Assembly (NCBI GenBank): GCA_000092065.1
Contig: CP000591.1
Strand: one strand, 5' to 3'
From: Ostreococcus lucimarinus
Lineage: Eukaryota
DNA length: 64,000 bases
Shown: piece after piece, positions 36,551 through 47,697 of the stretch
Position numbering within the stretch: position 1 is the stretch's first letter
Layout: every line of letters begins with the position of its first letter
Made by a program: the position numbers and the translations under genes
Notes under the pieces: model-generated
Seen by the model: the letters and a program-made list of their open reading frames with translations, nothing else
What the model was told of the DNA's origin: nothing
Databases searched by the model: none

Positions 36551-38983
36551 CTGTGGCACAGCCGCCGAGAGCGTCGCAGCCGAATCCGCACCAAAACCAT
36601 CTGCCTCGGGACTAGGAACTTCACCCGTGACGACGACGCCATTCGTCGCCGCCACACGCAAAAATGCCATCGATTCGCTTTTCACGTACTTGACCATTTG
36701 CGCCACCTCGCCGTACGGTGTCGGCGACGGTGCGCTGGGATATGCCGGATTCGTATTTGCTAAAATTGCCCCCAGTTGCGCACCAGGCGCTTGCAACGTC
36801 GGACGTTGCGGACCAGGCGGAACCACTCGAAGCCAAGAGGTGAGCAAGTGCGCGCCGGCGAGACGCGCGGTGGCGAGCTCGCCCGTGAGCATGCCCACGA
36901 TGTGCTGCTCCATACGAGCGACCGAACTCGAGCGTTCGTGCGCGCCGAACGCCGCGGCTAGACGCGCGAGGCACTCGAGTCCACGCATACGACCAGCGGT
37001 GGTGGCCGGCCAATCTTTCGCGACGGCGCGAATCTCACCCTTAACGCTCGGCGGCGTGGAGACGAAAATTAATTTGCCCTCGCCACGAGCGTTCGCCACC
37101 GTTGTCGCGAGTTCGCACCACTTCGCGCCGTGTACCGTGAACGTAGCCTCGATGATGGCGATCGGGACCGTGCGCAAAAGCGCCACCCACGCCTCGCTCG
37201 CCGCATCGGCGCTCGCCGCGTCGACGTCGAGCAGCGCGCCTTGAAATGCGTGACGCATCGCCGGCGCGCACGCCTCTTGCACCCACAACTGCGTCGACGC
37301 GTTCGGCTCGACGGCTAACAGTCGAGCAAGCGTCTGCCACACGGCCAGTCGTACGGCTGGGATCGGGTGCGCGGCGAACGGCCAAAGACGTGGGACGACT
37401 TCAGCGAGCGCGGCGGTGGACTTTGCGCGCGTCGATTCCAACGCGTACAGTTCGGCGATGAGCTTCATCACCGGTACCGCACTCGGTGACAAGTCGTCGA
37501 GCTCGTTGAGGAGCCCCCACAACGACGAAAGTAATTCGTTGAATTGCGGATGACTCGGCAAGTGCTCGACGGCAGGTAATAAGGATTCCGCCGCGGCGCC
37601 TCGCACGTCGTCGTCGGCGTCCACGAGCGCCTTGGTCGCCGCGGGTAGCGCTGCGGGCAAAAGCTCGACTGCCAACTCTGACTTTGCGGCGAGAATATAC
37701 TTCAACCCGAGCAACGCGGAGTGCCGCACTTCCCACTCGGGGCGCGACAGTAGTGTGAGCGTGCACGACACCACGGCGTCGACGGCTTGCGGCGACAACG
37801 GCAAAAGCGCCGCGCCGAGCGCCTGCGCGGACGTCTCACGGACGGGCGCCACCGCGCCGTCGCCCGCGAAATCACCGAAACGGTCAAGCGCTAGTATGCA
37901 CAGTAAGCGCACGCACATGTCCTCGAGCCAAGCGGCGTTGGACTCGCGAGCGATCTCCACCGTTCCCGGTTCTGGTTTCACTCCGGGCGGCGGCGCCCAA
38001 ATAGCCGCGCTCGCCGCCTGATGACGTAGCACCTCACGCAACGCCGCGGCGGCGCCGTGACGCTCTTCCCACCCCTCCGAAAACATCATGTACGCCAACG
38101 TCTCGCAGGTGCGCGCGAGCGGCCATCCGCCCGCGGCGACTTCCGCCTGTTCCTCGTCGTCCTCCTCCGCTTCCGCCTTCTCCTGTTCCAAACGCGCCGC
38201 TTCCTCGTCCTGCTTCGACCGCTTCGCGTCCAGCGGATTCGCGCCTTCGCGCAACATCCGTTTCGCCTTACGCTTCAACTTGTTCAGCTCTCGCGCGCTC
38301 AAATGACTGTAATCGACGTCGCCGGTCAACCCGTCCACCGCCTCCGCCGCGCTATCGCCAACCGCAACCTTCTCCTGCACGGTCACCTTCCCATCGTCCA
38401 GCAAATCCTCATCCTTCACCAAATCACTCATCTTCATGTTCTCGTCCATCATCGCTCCCGCCTCGGGGCCGAGCTCCATGCCTAACCTTCGCTTCAACGA
38501 CGCCTTGGCTTGCGCCAACCGTTCCGCCTTCGTCCCCGGTCCGTTTTCCAGCCGCCACCCGATCCCGCTCGAACTCAACAGTATCCCCGCCTTTTCCAGC
38601 ACGCGCTCGACGTCGAACTTCGCGAACGTGAGATCGAGCGCGTCCGAGCCCGCGTTCGCGTCCCGTCCCGTCTTCGCCTCGCTCGCGTCCCGTCCCGCGT
38701 CTCGTTCCGCCCCATCGCTCTCCATCGCGATCAGCGCGTCCACGCTCGGGTGTCGCAACCGCGACGCGATTTCACTCATCGTCGCGCTCGCCGCGACGCG
38801 GGTCTCCCATTTTTTGCTCCGCAGGTGCGCGCGAACGCGACGGAGGAGATTGGGCAACTGCGTCGAGTGCGACGCGGCGAGTTCGCCAATCTGACGCGCG
38901 GCCTCGCGCCTCGCGGCGGCGGTGGAGCCGGTGTCGAGGAGTTTGATCAGGCGGTCCAGGCGCGAGCCGCCGGATTCCGCCAT
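36551..38983 (-). CDS. MOT1: Mot1/BTAF1 exon 1 (N-terminal HEAT/ARM repeats).
   Basis: The N-terminus MAESGGSRLDRLIKLLDTGSTAAARREAARQIGELA matches the conserved Mot1/BTAF1 N-terminus (SRLDRL..LLDTGST...AA.QLG). After ...AAVPQ the track ORF reads through the intron into junk and a stop. Joined to exon 2 it gives about 1769 aa, which is Mot1-sized. Confidence 0.8.
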
Positions 38984-39121
38984 GGCGCGCGGTGACGGCG
39001 GCGCGATCTGACGCGAGAATGCGTCGACGCCGCGAGGAGGCGTCGACTTCGGCGCGACGCGTCAGCGAATCGAATGCGTCGGGTTCGTTACAGTTCGAGT
39101 CGAAGATTTGAGATTGAAGCG

Positions 39122-40237
39122 CTAATCCACGTCGTTCGCCGCGCCGCCGGGCGCGGCGCCGGCGCCCGGGAAGCCGCCCGGGAAGCCGCCCGGGAAGCCG
39201 CCGGGCGCGCCGCCCGGCATCGCGCCGCCCATCGAAGCCATCAATTTTTGCAACACCGGTCCGACTTCGGGGTCGCTCATGTACTGCATCGCCGCCATCG
39301 GGTTCTTCATCATCGTTTGAAGCGCTTGCATGACCTTGGGGTTCTGCATCGCGGCGATGAGATCGGGGTCGCTCATCAGCTTTTGCGCCATCTCGGGCGA
39401 AACGCCGGGCGGCAAGTCGCCGGCGCCGCCCGGGAATCCGGCGCCCGGTTGGCCGAACCCAGGCCCGCCGGCGTCTTTCGCCGCGGCTTCTTTGCGCGCC
39501 GCCTCCGCGGCGGCTCGGCGTTTTTCGAGCTCTTCTCTTTCCTTGGCCTCCTTCGCGGCGCGCGCCTTGCCCTCGCGCACGTGAAGCTCGTGCACGACGC
39601 TCAAGACTTTTTTATGCATCTCCCCGTACGTCTCGTCGAAGTCCTGAGACAATCCCGCGCTCAGATCCGCGTTGGCCTCGTTCCAGTGTCCCAAGTACCT
39701 GTGCGCCGCGCCTCGAACCTTCAACGCCTTGGCCGAATCCGGATTCAACTTCAACGCCGCCGTCCCGTCTCGAATCGCCGACAGCGGCTTTCGCAACTTG
39801 ATGAAACATTCCGCCCGTTTCGCGTACGTCAGCGCCGACGGCGCGATCATCAGCGCCTCCGTGTACCTCTCGATCGCCTCCTCCCACGCCTCGCGCGCGA
39901 ACGCCTCGCTCGCCAGTCGCTTCGCCTCGCTCGCCTTCGCCTCCTCCGCCTCCCCGAGCGTCTCCGGCGCCGTCTCCGCCCCCATCGCGATCGCGCTCAG
40001 ATCATCGCTCTCGGCCGCCATCGCCTCGTCGTCCTCGATCTCGATCGCGTCCGTCCCCGTCCCCGTCGTCGTCGTCGTCCGCGGCGCCGGAATCGTCGCC
40101 CCCAAATCCTCCTCGAGCCATCGTCGGAAGAATTCGAGCGCCGGCGCGTCCAGGATCGCGCTGTCTTCCTTCGCCGCGCGCACGAGGTGTCGCAGCGCCT
40201 CCAGCGTCGCCGTCGTCGGCGCGCGTTCGCGCGTCAT
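39122..40237 (-). CDS. Hsc70-interacting protein (Hip / ST13-like): TPR + GGMP-like repeats + STI1/DP domain
   Basis: Internal ATG at 40237 (checked arithmetically and by the plus-strand catcgc). TPR block (AKRLASEAFAREAWEEAIERYTEALMIAPSALTYAKRAECFIKL...ALKVRGAAHRYLGHWNEA), charged linker, Gly/Pro-rich region, an STI1 motif (PEMAQKLMSDPDLIAAMQNPKVMQALQTMMKNPMAAMQYMSDPEVGPVLQKLM) and a GGFPGGFPGGFPG tail. The upstream 1.6 kb of track ORF 39122..41833 is a shadow frame. Confidence 0.8.
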   Translation of the reverse strand: MTRERAPTTATLEALRHLVRAAKEDSAILDAPALEFFRRWLEEDLGATIPAPRTTTTTGTGTDAIEIEDDEAMAAESDDLSAIAMGAETAPETLGEAEEAKASEAKRLASEAFAREAWEEAIERYTEALMIAPSALTYAKRAECFIKLRKPLSAIRDGTAALKLNPDSAKALKVRGAAHRYLGHWNEANADLSAGLSQDFDETYGEMHKKVLSVVHELHVREGKARAAKEAKEREELEKRRAAAEAARKEAAAKDAGGPGFGQPGAGFPGGAGDLPPGVSPEMAQKLMSDPDLIAAMQNPKVMQALQTMMKNPMAAMQYMSDPEVGPVLQKLMASMGGAMPGGAPGGFPGGFPGGFPGAGAAPGGAANDVD

Positions 40238-40615
40238 CGCGCCCGGTCGTCGCGTCGTCGAGTGCCGCCGATGAATGAATCTTCGCGAACGACGATTCGA
40301 TCGACGCGCCCGTAAGTTTGCCGACATCACCCATCGCGGCCGCGCGGCGTCGCGCGCGCGCCGACGGGAATCGCTCGACGTCGAGCAACTCTCGAATTCG
40401 CGATTTTTTTTAACTCGCGCGCGATCGCGTCGAATCTTCGTCGCGACCGGTCGCCGCGTCGTCGCCCCCCCCGAGGTGGTTACGCCGCGCGTCCTTCGCG
40501 CGCGGCACTCGGCGACGCGTCGTCGACGGCGCGCGTCGCGCGCGACGTCGCGACCTCGCGGATGCGTCGCGCGACGCTCGATCGCGCGCGTCGCGCGCTC
40601 GCGTCGCGCGCGCCG

Positions 40616-41890
40616 ATGGAAACGGCGCTCGAGGATGCGAAATCGATGATCGAGTACGCGCGCGCGCGATGGCGCGTCGGCGCGCGAGGCGACGCGCGGG
40701 GGGTGCTGGAACACGCGAGCGTGGCGCTGAGGCGACGAGGCGAGGAACCGGCGACGTCGAGCGCGATCGCGCGCGCGCGCACGGCGTGGGCGCACCTGGC
40801 GCGGGAGCGAGGCGAGCGCGGGACGGCGCGAGACGCGGCGCGAGACGCGCGAGACGCGGCGCGCGAGAGCGGAGCGCCGGAGGACGGCGCTTCGGCGGAC
40901 GCGATGTGGACGCTCCTGGAGGCGCGGGAGGAAGCGAAGGAGGCGACGTGGGCGGACGTGGTCGAGGGCGCGCGGCGCGGCGCGGGAGGGGGAGCGGGAG
41001 GGCGGTGCGCGGCGGCGGGCGCGGAGACGCTGGCGGCGCTGACGCGAAGACGCGCGAGGGACGCGTTGGAGGCGGCGGAGACGTGCGAGATCGCGCTCAG
41101 GGGGATGTCGTCGGAGGAGTTGCGAGAGGCGAAGGACGCACCGCACGGGTGGGCGATCGCGAGCGCGATGAAGGCGCTGGGACACGTCGAGAGGTTGACG
41201 CCGAGCGGGTCGAGCGAACGCGCGTTGGAACTGTACGAACGCGCCGCCGAGTACGCCAAGGACGTGGCGCTGAGCGAGCACCCGGGGGCGATGGCGTCGA
41301 GGATGATCGCTGAGGATTTGCAAGCGGATTGCGCGTTGGCGCGCGCGCAGGCGTACGCGGCGCTCGGGGACGTGGAGAACGCCGAGACGTTCGCCGCGCG
41401 AGCGGTGAGCGCCGCGGAGGCGTTGGGCGACGAAAAGCATCCGCGCGTCGGAGCGGCGATCGCGGTGAGCGGGGACGTGTACGTGGCCAAAGCGCTCAGA
41501 TCGATGTCGAACGATGAGAAGACGTCTTTGGGCGACGGCGCGGGCGTGATGTTTGCCGAGGGGTTGTACAAGAGCGCCATAAAATTGATGCATTACCCGC
41601 ACGTCGTCGAGGATGGGAAAATCGTCCTCGATTACGAGGCGAGGCACTTGTGCGCGCTGTTGCACGCGCGCTACTCGAGCATTTTGCGCGCGTCTGGCGG
41701 TCAGCGCGAGCGTGAAGCCAACGCGTGGCTCGAAAGCGCAAAGATTTTGTGGCCAGATGAGCGCGGCGACGATGAAGGCGTCGACGGCGTCGACATCGTG
41801 ACCAAGGCGGCGACGAAGCTCGGCGTGAAGCACGGACCGTCGGTGTTGATCGATTTACAGCAAATGGCGCCTCTCACCATGGGCGCGTGA
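40616..41890 (+). CDS. Hypothetical TPR-like helical-repeat protein.
   Basis: Internal ATG (aa 19) of ORF 40562..41890. Ala/Arg/Glu-rich helical N-terminal half, then TPR-like pairs (ALELYERAAEYAKDVALSEHPGAMASRMIAEDLQADCALARAQAYAALGDVENAETFAARAVSAAEALGDEKHPRVGAAIAVSGDVYVAKA...AEGLYKSAIKLMHY). Lies antisense to the 5' shadow part of the Hip track ORF. Confidence 0.4.
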   Translation: METALEDAKSMIEYARARWRVGARGDARGVLEHASVALRRRGEEPATSSAIARARTAWAHLARERGERGTARDAARDARDAARESGAPEDGASADAMWTLLEAREEAKEATWADVVEGARRGAGGGAGGRCAAAGAETLAALTRRRARDALEAAETCEIALRGMSSEELREAKDAPHGWAIASAMKALGHVERLTPSGSSERALELYERAAEYAKDVALSEHPGAMASRMIAEDLQADCALARAQAYAALGDVENAETFAARAVSAAEALGDEKHPRVGAAIAVSGDVYVAKALRSMSNDEKTSLGDGAGVMFAEGLYKSAIKLMHYPHVVEDGKIVLDYEARHLCALLHARYSSILRASGGQREREANAWLESAKILWPDERGDDEGVDGVDIVTKAATKLGVKHGPSVLIDLQQMAPLTMGA

Positions 41891-41982
41891 GCGTTGGTGC
41901 GTGCGCCGTGTACTTTTACTCCTTCCTACGCTACGGTTTCGCGCACGCCTTTAGTTTAGACGATTCGTTAGACGAAGAAACA

Positions 41983-43092
41983 TCACGTTTTTCGCTCACT
42001 CGCCGCCTCCTCCGTCTCGACGTGCAACGAGTGATGTCGCCGCTCTGCCTTCGTGAACCCGAGCTCGCGATAGTTCACGCGCGCTTCCGCACTCGTCGTA
42101 CCCACCGGCGAGTTTGCGGTTTTCGACGAAGGACCGCTGAGGATGGCGGTTAGATCGCCTCCAGCCTCCGCCGCGCGCATCGCGGCTTCGAGTTTGGCTT
42201 CGAAATCGAGCGCACTCGTCGACGGCGTCGGTTTCGCCGCGGGTTCGTACTTTTCCGGTGACTTGACTTCTAATTTCGGCTTGAACTCGCGCTTCGGCAC
42301 CGCGCGATCGAGCGGTTGCTTCTCGATCGGCGTCGACGCGCCGCGCGTTTCCTTGAGCGCGGCGGATAACATGCGCTCAAACGCATCGTCCTCGGCGGCG
42401 CTCGCCGGCGGCGACGCCTCCACCGCGGGACTGTTCACGGGACTGTTCACGAACTCCACAGGCGCGTCGACGTCCATCGCGACGTCGTCTCGTGCGCTCA
42501 AATCGTCCTCAACCTTCGCCTCGCCGTCGCCTTCCGAATTCGCCTCCGCGTCGTCGTCGCCTCCGCTCGCCTTTGGCGGCGAATTCGCCAAACCGCCCTT
42601 GGCCGCGAGCATCCGCCCGACGTCCACTCCCGCCGCCTCCGCCGCCATCGCGCGCCGCAGCTGCGCCTCGAATAACGCGTTTCTATCCTCTTCGTAAATC
42701 ACGCCGTCGATCGCCCCACCGTCGTCGTCGTCGTCGTCGTTCGCCCGCGTCGCCGTCACCGTCGGCACCGTCGTCCGCGCGCGTCCCGCGTCCTGACTCT
42801 TCACCACCGCCGCCGCCTTCACCGGCGCTCTCGCGACGCGCGCGTCGTCGTCCTTCGCGCGTCGACCGCGCGTCGGCGCGAACACCGCCGCCGTCGGGCT
42901 CGCGTCGAACGGAAACGTTTCGTCTTCCACCGGGGGAACGACTTTTCCCGTCGCGCTCGACGCCGCGCGGAGCCACGACGCACGCGAGACGCATATCGGC
43001 GAGACGTTGGACAGGTCGAACAGCGCGAGAAGTCTGCTCGCGTCGGCGGCGCGCGCGGGCGTCGAGGCGTCGGTCGTTCGCTCGCGCGCCAT
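41983..43092 (-). CDS. Hypothetical acidic protein (poly-Asp tract, KxE-rich C-terminus).
   Basis: The track ORF opens on TTG at 43173, so I used the first ATG (aa 28). No recognisable domain. A (GTC)7 tract encodes DDDDDDD. Confidence 0.3.
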   Translation of the reverse strand: MARERTTDASTPARAADASRLLALFDLSNVSPICVSRASWLRAASSATGKVVPPVEDETFPFDASPTAAVFAPTRGRRAKDDDARVARAPVKAAAVVKSQDAGRARTTVPTVTATRANDDDDDDGGAIDGVIYEEDRNALFEAQLRRAMAAEAAGVDVGRMLAAKGGLANSPPKASGGDDDAEANSEGDGEAKVEDDLSARDDVAMDVDAPVEFVNSPVNSPAVEASPPASAAEDDAFERMLSAALKETRGASTPIEKQPLDRAVPKREFKPKLEVKSPEKYEPAAKPTPSTSALDFEAKLEAAMRAAEAGGDLTAILSGPSSKTANSPVGTTSAEARVNYRELGFTKAERRHHSLHVETEEAASERKT

Positions 43093-43263
43093 GGCGAGCG
43101 CGAGCGGCGAAGTGTCGCTCGCGAGCGGGACGCGAAGCGTCTCGGCGCGCGGGACTAATGGGCGGGGTAGCAATACAAAGAGGCGAATCGAGCCTCGCTA
43201 AAACACACAAATACGCAAACGCAACGCGGTGACGGTCGACGCGTCGATCGATCGGCGCGTCGA

Positions 43264-43746
43264 TCAGTCGTCCTTGGAGTACAGACGCTCGAGCGACGCG
43301 TTGATGAAATACCGCTCAGCCTTTTGCACGTCCAATCGACTGCCGTCCTTGCGATATCGCCCGCGCACGAGATTATACATCGTCGTCACGCGATTGACGA
43401 TGAACCATCCGTTGGCGCTCTCGTCGCCGTCCGCGTTCGTGGGCACTTCGATCGTCTCGCCGCACGCGATGTTCTTCGGCAGCTTGTGCAGTCCTAAATC
43501 CACCGGAGGGGGGGTGGCGACGCGCACGTTGTACGGCACGAGCTTTGGGCTCGATTCGCGCGCGCCCTGAGATTTGACGTCGTCGTTGGCGTCGCGTTCC
43601 GCGCCGTCATCGCTCGATGCGCGCGCTCCGACGGCGATCTTTGCGCGATGACGTGGAGGGAGGTGTCGATTTTTGAGTCTTTCGGCGACGCTCGCGCGCG
43701 ATGCGGGCGCGGATGGCGCGCGCGCGCATCGCGATGCGATTGACAT
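43264..43746 (-). CDS. Hypothetical small protein, probably organelle-targeted.
   Basis: The track ORF opens on GTG at 43881. The first ATG (aa 46) gives MSIASRCARAPSAPASRASVAERLKNRHLPP (transit-peptide-like). A conserved-looking C-terminal block follows (GWFIVNRVTTMYNLVRGRYRKDGSRLDVQKAERYFINASLERLY). Confidence 0.3.
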   Translation of the reverse strand: MSIASRCARAPSAPASRASVAERLKNRHLPPRHRAKIAVGARASSDDGAERDANDDVKSQGARESSPKLVPYNVRVATPPPVDLGLHKLPKNIACGETIEVPTNADGDESANGWFIVNRVTTMYNLVRGRYRKDGSRLDVQKAERYFINASLERLYSKDD

Positions 43747-43905
43747 GGTGTTCGCGCGTCGAGTGCGCGCGCGTGGCGGGGTGCGCTCGGTCACCGCGCG
43801 CTGCGATGTGACGCGGCGTTTCGGAGGGCGCGTTCGACGGGCTATCCTCGCGAAGCGAATAGAATTTCTATGAAAGTACACGCGTCAGGACGCGACGACG
43901 CTAGA

Positions 43906-45954
43906 CTAATCGGTAAACTGCGTTTTAGCCGCGACGTCGAGCTCGGCTAACGCGCGAAGGGCGGAACCGAGGGTCATGCCGTTCGAAGCGGCGCGGGATT
44001 TGTCGTCGCCGCCGACGGATTTATCGAGCTCGGCGCTCTGGTTCACGATGGAATCCGTAGAATCTTCCAACGCGGCGTCAAGGGGCAGCGGTCCGTCGAG
44101 ACTTCGTCGACGGAGCGTGCACGGGTTTTCGAGCAAGCTCAGCAGGTCCGCAGGGGTGTGTTCGACGTACGTCGCCGTCGCCGTCGCGTCGGCGTCGTCG
44201 ATGGCAAACGGGAACTCGTCTTGGTTGTCGATGGACTCGTCCGCGGCGTGCGGCGTCAAAGGCGACCCTGGTGCGGCGTCATCGCTCGCGCCGCTCATGC
44301 GTCGCGCGAAGTTGGAGACGCCACCGGGCGAGTGCGGGTATACGCCGATGACGTCGCGAATCGACGTGCCGAGGCTTGAGCTCGGCGACCAAGAGGAACG
44401 TGGAACGCTCCGAGGGTGCGCAAACGCCGCGCCTCCCGGGCTCGGAATTGGAGATTCAGGACACACGAAACCACCCCAAGGCGAAGGCGAACCGTGCGGC
44501 GCGGGGCCCGAGCGGCCGTCTTTCGGCGCTCGGACTCGCGGCGAGCACGCGATGGGCGCCGCCGTCGTGGGCGAGAAACCGATCGTCGTCATCGGCGAAG
44601 CCGGCGCTGGCGGTGGCGGTGGTTGCGCCACCGCGATCGAGGGGCTCGGCGCCCCGATGTCGTTCGCTCCTGGCGGTTTGGCGACGAAATCGTCTTTGTC
44701 GATGGATGTGCCGACGTCGATTTTCAAACACGACGCCATCGTCGAGCGTCTCGGCGGCGGACGCGGAGGTTCCACCAACGGCGACTCGATCGCGCTTTGC
44801 AGCGCATGTTTCGCGCCGACAGGCGCGGCGTTGAATCCGTATATCGGTGCCGGCCCGTTATTCGGCGCAGAACTCGGAGCGTTGTCGAATCGTTGATAAT
44901 TCGGGCTCGTGTAATCCGCCAACGGCACGACGGATGGGCTCACGGGAGGTTTCGCTTGTTGCTGAAGCGACCCCGACGATAACGACGCCGTCATTCCACC
45001 GCGAATCGGTGGCCGCGCGTTCGGCGACGGCGATGGCGAGGCTTCGTCGAAGAGTATCCCGCGCGACATCGGACTCGAATCCTCCTCGCGACGCGCGCGT
45101 TGAAGCGACTCGGGTGCGTCTGATTTCCCAGTCGGCGATGGCGAGAGCGACATTTCGCCGCCCGCGAGCGCGACGACGTCGGGACCGACGCTCGCGTCCA
45201 GGCGTTCGCACGGCGTCGGCGCCGTTTCGACGACGGCGACGCACTCGTCCTCCAACGCGCTCATCGCTACTTGGTCTAAAAAGTACACGCACGCGCTCAG
45301 TTTCCCGATGGACGTCGGCACGTCCGTGAACGCGTACGTGCGGTACCCCTCCGCTTTCCCCGGGTGCGCGCTCGCGATCGTCCCTCCGCGATCGACGTTC
45401 TTGATCTCAAAACTAAACCCGCCTCCTCCGCCGCCGTCTCGCGCGCCTCGTCGACGCATCGCTCGCAAGCGCGCGCCGTGCGCGGGAAGCGTCCGCAACA
45501 TCGCCACCACCGTGCGCACCATGATCACCGCTCGCTTATACACCACCGCCGTGTCCAAATCCTTGTTAAAATGATTGTTCCCACCGACTCGTTCTCCATC
45601 CGCGCCCGCGTGAAACGCCCATCGCTCGACGAGCGCGCGTTCGCCGCTCGTCGACGCGTCCCCCCCCCGTTCGAAATACACATCCACCGTCACCGCGCCC
45701 TCGACGAACGCGTCCACAGAATCGCCCTCCAGTTCTTTCACCGCGCGCGTCCCGCCGTCGCGCGCCGCTTCGTCGCGTTCCATCGCCCTCGTCGTCTCGC
45801 GTCGTCTCGCGCACGCGCAGTTGAACCACCTGTTCGCCTTCATCCCCCCATCCCTCGCGTCGCGCGGCGTCGCCGCGCGCGCGCGCGCGTCCAGCACGAC
45901 GTCCGCGCACTTCATCACCCACTCGCGCGCGATCTGTCGCGTGCGATCGCCCAT
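43906..45954 (-). CDS. ATG13: Autophagy-related protein 13 (ATG13)-like: N-terminal HORMA domain plus a long disordered Ser/Pro-rich C-terminus.
   Basis: True ATG at 45954. N-terminus: QIAREWVMKCADVVLDARA...ANRWFNCAC...ERALVERWAFHAG...TAVVYKRAVIMVRTVVAMLRTLPAH. This parallels the ATG13 HORMA region (KFTKFLALKTVQVIVQAR...SDWFNLAI...ELEIWCLEMNE...[26 protein letters not shown]). Confidence 0.55.
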   Translation of the reverse strand: MGDRTRQIAREWVMKCADVVLDARARAATPRDARDGGMKANRWFNCACARRRETTRAMERDEAARDGGTRAVKELEGDSVDAFVEGAVTVDVYFERGGDASTSGERALVERWAFHAGADGERVGGNNHFNKDLDTAVVYKRAVIMVRTVVAMLRTLPAHGARLRAMRRRGARDGGGGGGFSFEIKNVDRGGTIASAHPGKAEGYRTYAFTDVPTSIGKLSACVYFLDQVAMSALEDECVAVVETAPTPCERLDASVGPDVVALAGGEMSLSPSPTGKSDAPESLQRARREEDSSPMSRGILFDEASPSPSPNARPPIRGGMTASLSSGSLQQQAKPPVSPSVVPLADYTSPNYQRFDNAPSSAPNNGPAPIYGFNAAPVGAKHALQSAIESPLVEPPRPPPRRSTMASCLKIDVGTSIDKDDFVAKPPGANDIGAPSPSIAVAQPPPPPAPASPMTTIGFSPTTAAPIACSPRVRAPKDGRSGPAPHGSPSPWGGFVCPESPIPSPGGAAFAHPRSVPRSSWSPSSSLGTSIRDVIGVYPHSPGGVSNFARRMSGASDDAAPGSPLTPHAADESIDNQDEFPFAIDDADATATATYVEHTPADLLSLLENPCTLRRRSLDGPLPLDAALEDSTDSIVNQSAELDKSVGGDDKSRAASNGMTLGSALRALAELDVAAKTQFTD

Positions 45955-46197
45955 GACGGTCGCGCGGCGCGTCGTCGCCGCGCGCGCGAATCTCGAGCTG
46001 TCGCGATGTGAGCGCGCGCCGCGCCTTCACGCTCGCGCGCGCGCGCGTCGCGCGCCGCGCGCGGCGCGCGCGCGATCGTCGTCGGTCGGTGTCGCGGTCG
46101 CGCGCGTCGTTCGCCGCGCGCTCGCGCGTGCGGCGCGCCGTCCGTCGTCGCGCGATTCAAACGCGCCGTGTTTCAGCGCTTCAATACGGACGCGGTT

Positions 46198-46215
46198 CAT
46201 TATATATAGTATGAC
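46198..46215. promoter_or_regulatory. TATA-like AT-rich island in the 400-bp divergent promoter between ATG13 and TatC.
   Basis: cattatatatagtatgacactgtatgcac is the only AT-rich patch in an otherwise CGCG-saturated spacer, about 140 bp upstream of the TatC ATG at 46354. Confidence 0.25.
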
Positions 46216-46353
46216 ACTGTATGCACACACGCGACCGACCGCACGCGCGCGAGGGTCGCGCCGCGCGCGCGATTCCGCGCCGCAGCGCGCGCGCCGACGC
46301 GCGGGGGCTCGACATCGGCGCCGAAACGCGTCGCGGTTCCGACGCTCGCCTCG

Positions 46354-47544
46354 ATGTCCGTGCGCGCGGCGCCGCGACGCGCCGCGACGCGCGCGACGAC
46401 GCGAAAGATGCGCGCGGGGACGCGCGCGCGACGTCACGCGATGCGATCGCGCGAACGGGCGACGCGCGAGAAGCGCTGGACGCGGACGCGCGCGACGATG
46501 GACGACGCGGACGCGTCGCGCGCGAAAGAGGACGAGGACGTGTGGCCGGACGCGGATTTCGCGACGGGCGAGGGCGACGCGAGGACGTCGGGCGAGGGCG
46601 CGAGCGCGAGCGAGACGTTCAAGACGTCGCTCACGGATGATCCGGCGTTCGCGATGGCGCTGCGCGCGGAGGAAGACGAGAGCGTGGAGATGGTGCCGCT
46701 GGCGAGCGCGGCGGTGACGACGGTGAAGGAGAAACGGACGTTCGTGGAGGCGCCGCCGGAGGACGTGCAGCGGGAACAGGTTCGGAGTTTTCTGTACCCG
46801 GGAGAGGATGAGCTCCCGGACGACGTGTCGATGACGATATGGGAACACTTGGAGGAGCTTCGAGAGCGCGCGCTGATCTCCGCCGCGGCGGTGGGGGCGT
46901 TGATTTTGGTGTGTTTCTGCTTCGCGAAGGATTTGACGATTTTCTTGGAGGAACCCGTCAAGTCGCAGGGCGTGCGGTTTTTACAGCTCGGTCCCGGGGA
47001 GTACTTCTTCACCACGGTCAAGGTGGCGGGGTACACTGGATTGCTCGCGGGCGCGCCCGTGGTGCTTTACGAGGCGATCGCGTACGTGTTGCCGGGGTTG
47101 ACGCTGAACGAACGCAAGACGCTCGGCCCCATCGTAATCGGGTCCTCGGTGCTGTTTTACGGCGGCATCGCGTTCGCCTACTACGTGCTCGTCCCCGCGG
47201 CTTTGAAGTTCTTCGTCGGCTACGCCGACGGCGCCGTGGAGTCGCTGTGGTCGATCGACCAGTACTTTGAGTTCGTCCTCGTGTTGCTCTTCTCCACGGG
47301 TTTGTCCTTCCAAGTCCCCGTGATTCAGCTCTTGCTCGGACAATCCGGGATCGTGTCTTCCAAGCAAATGCTCAGCGTTTGGAAGTACGTCGTCGTCGGT
47401 TCCGTCGTCGCCGCCGCGGTGTTGACGCCGTCGACGGATCCGTTCACGCAAATGCTCCTCGCGGTGCCGCTGATGAGCCTGTACCTCGGCGGCGCCGCGC
47501 TCGTCGGCGTCTTCGAAAAAGACCGCGAGGGCGAGACCGCGTAA
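46354..47544 (+). CDS. TATC: Sec-independent protein translocase TatC, chloroplast-type, nuclear-encoded with a presequence
   Basis: True ATG at 46354. Six-TM TatC core: [17 protein letters not shown]...[77 protein letters not shown]...[32 protein letters not shown]...[31 protein letters not shown]. Preceded by about 150 aa of Arg/Thr-rich and then acidic sequence. Confidence 0.9.
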   Translation: MSVRAAPRRAATRATTRKMRAGTRARRHAMRSRERATREKRWTRTRATMDDADASRAKEDEDVWPDADFATGEGDARTSGEGASASETFKTSLTDDPAFAMALRAEEDESVEMVPLASAAVTTVKEKRTFVEAPPEDVQREQVRSFLYPGEDELPDDVSMTIWEHLEELRERALISAAAVGALILVCFCFAKDLTIFLEEPVKSQGVRFLQLGPGEYFFTTVKVAGYTGLLAGAPVVLYEAIAYVLPGLTLNERKTLGPIVIGSSVLFYGGIAFAYYVLVPAALKFFVGYADGAVESLWSIDQYFEFVLVLLFSTGLSFQVPVIQLLLGQSGIVSSKQMLSVWKYVVVGSVVAAAVLTPSTDPFTQMLLAVPLMSLYLGGAALVGVFEKDREGETA

Positions 47545-47630
47545 GCATAGCACGCACAACATTTAGCGCACCATTCATCAACGCTCCAAAGCATCGCTTC
47601 GCTTCAACAACGAACGATAATAATACAACA

Positions 47631-47697
47631 AACGAGCTACGTCGACTAAGCGGACGCGTCCAAAGAACGAGCTGCGTCGACTAAGCGGACGCGTCCA
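47631..47697. repeat. Tandem direct repeat, 2 x 32 nt with a 3-nt spacer, spanning the RPP30 stop codon and 3' UTR.
   Basis: aacgagctAcgtcgactaagcggacgcgtcca / aag / aacgagctGcgtcgactaagcggacgcgtcca. Copy 2 contains the last codons and the TAG stop of the minus-strand RPP30 CDS. Copy 1 is a duplicate further 3' in the UTR shared with convergent TatC. Confidence 0.6.

Noticed and set aside
39074-40315. 413-aa plus-strand ORF antisense to Hip, and the first 1.6 kb of the minus ORF 39122..41833
   Set aside because: Arg-rich junk. Hip homology (TPR + STI1) starts only at the internal ATG 40237. The upstream minus-frame portion is antisense to the TPR-like plus gene at 40616..41890.
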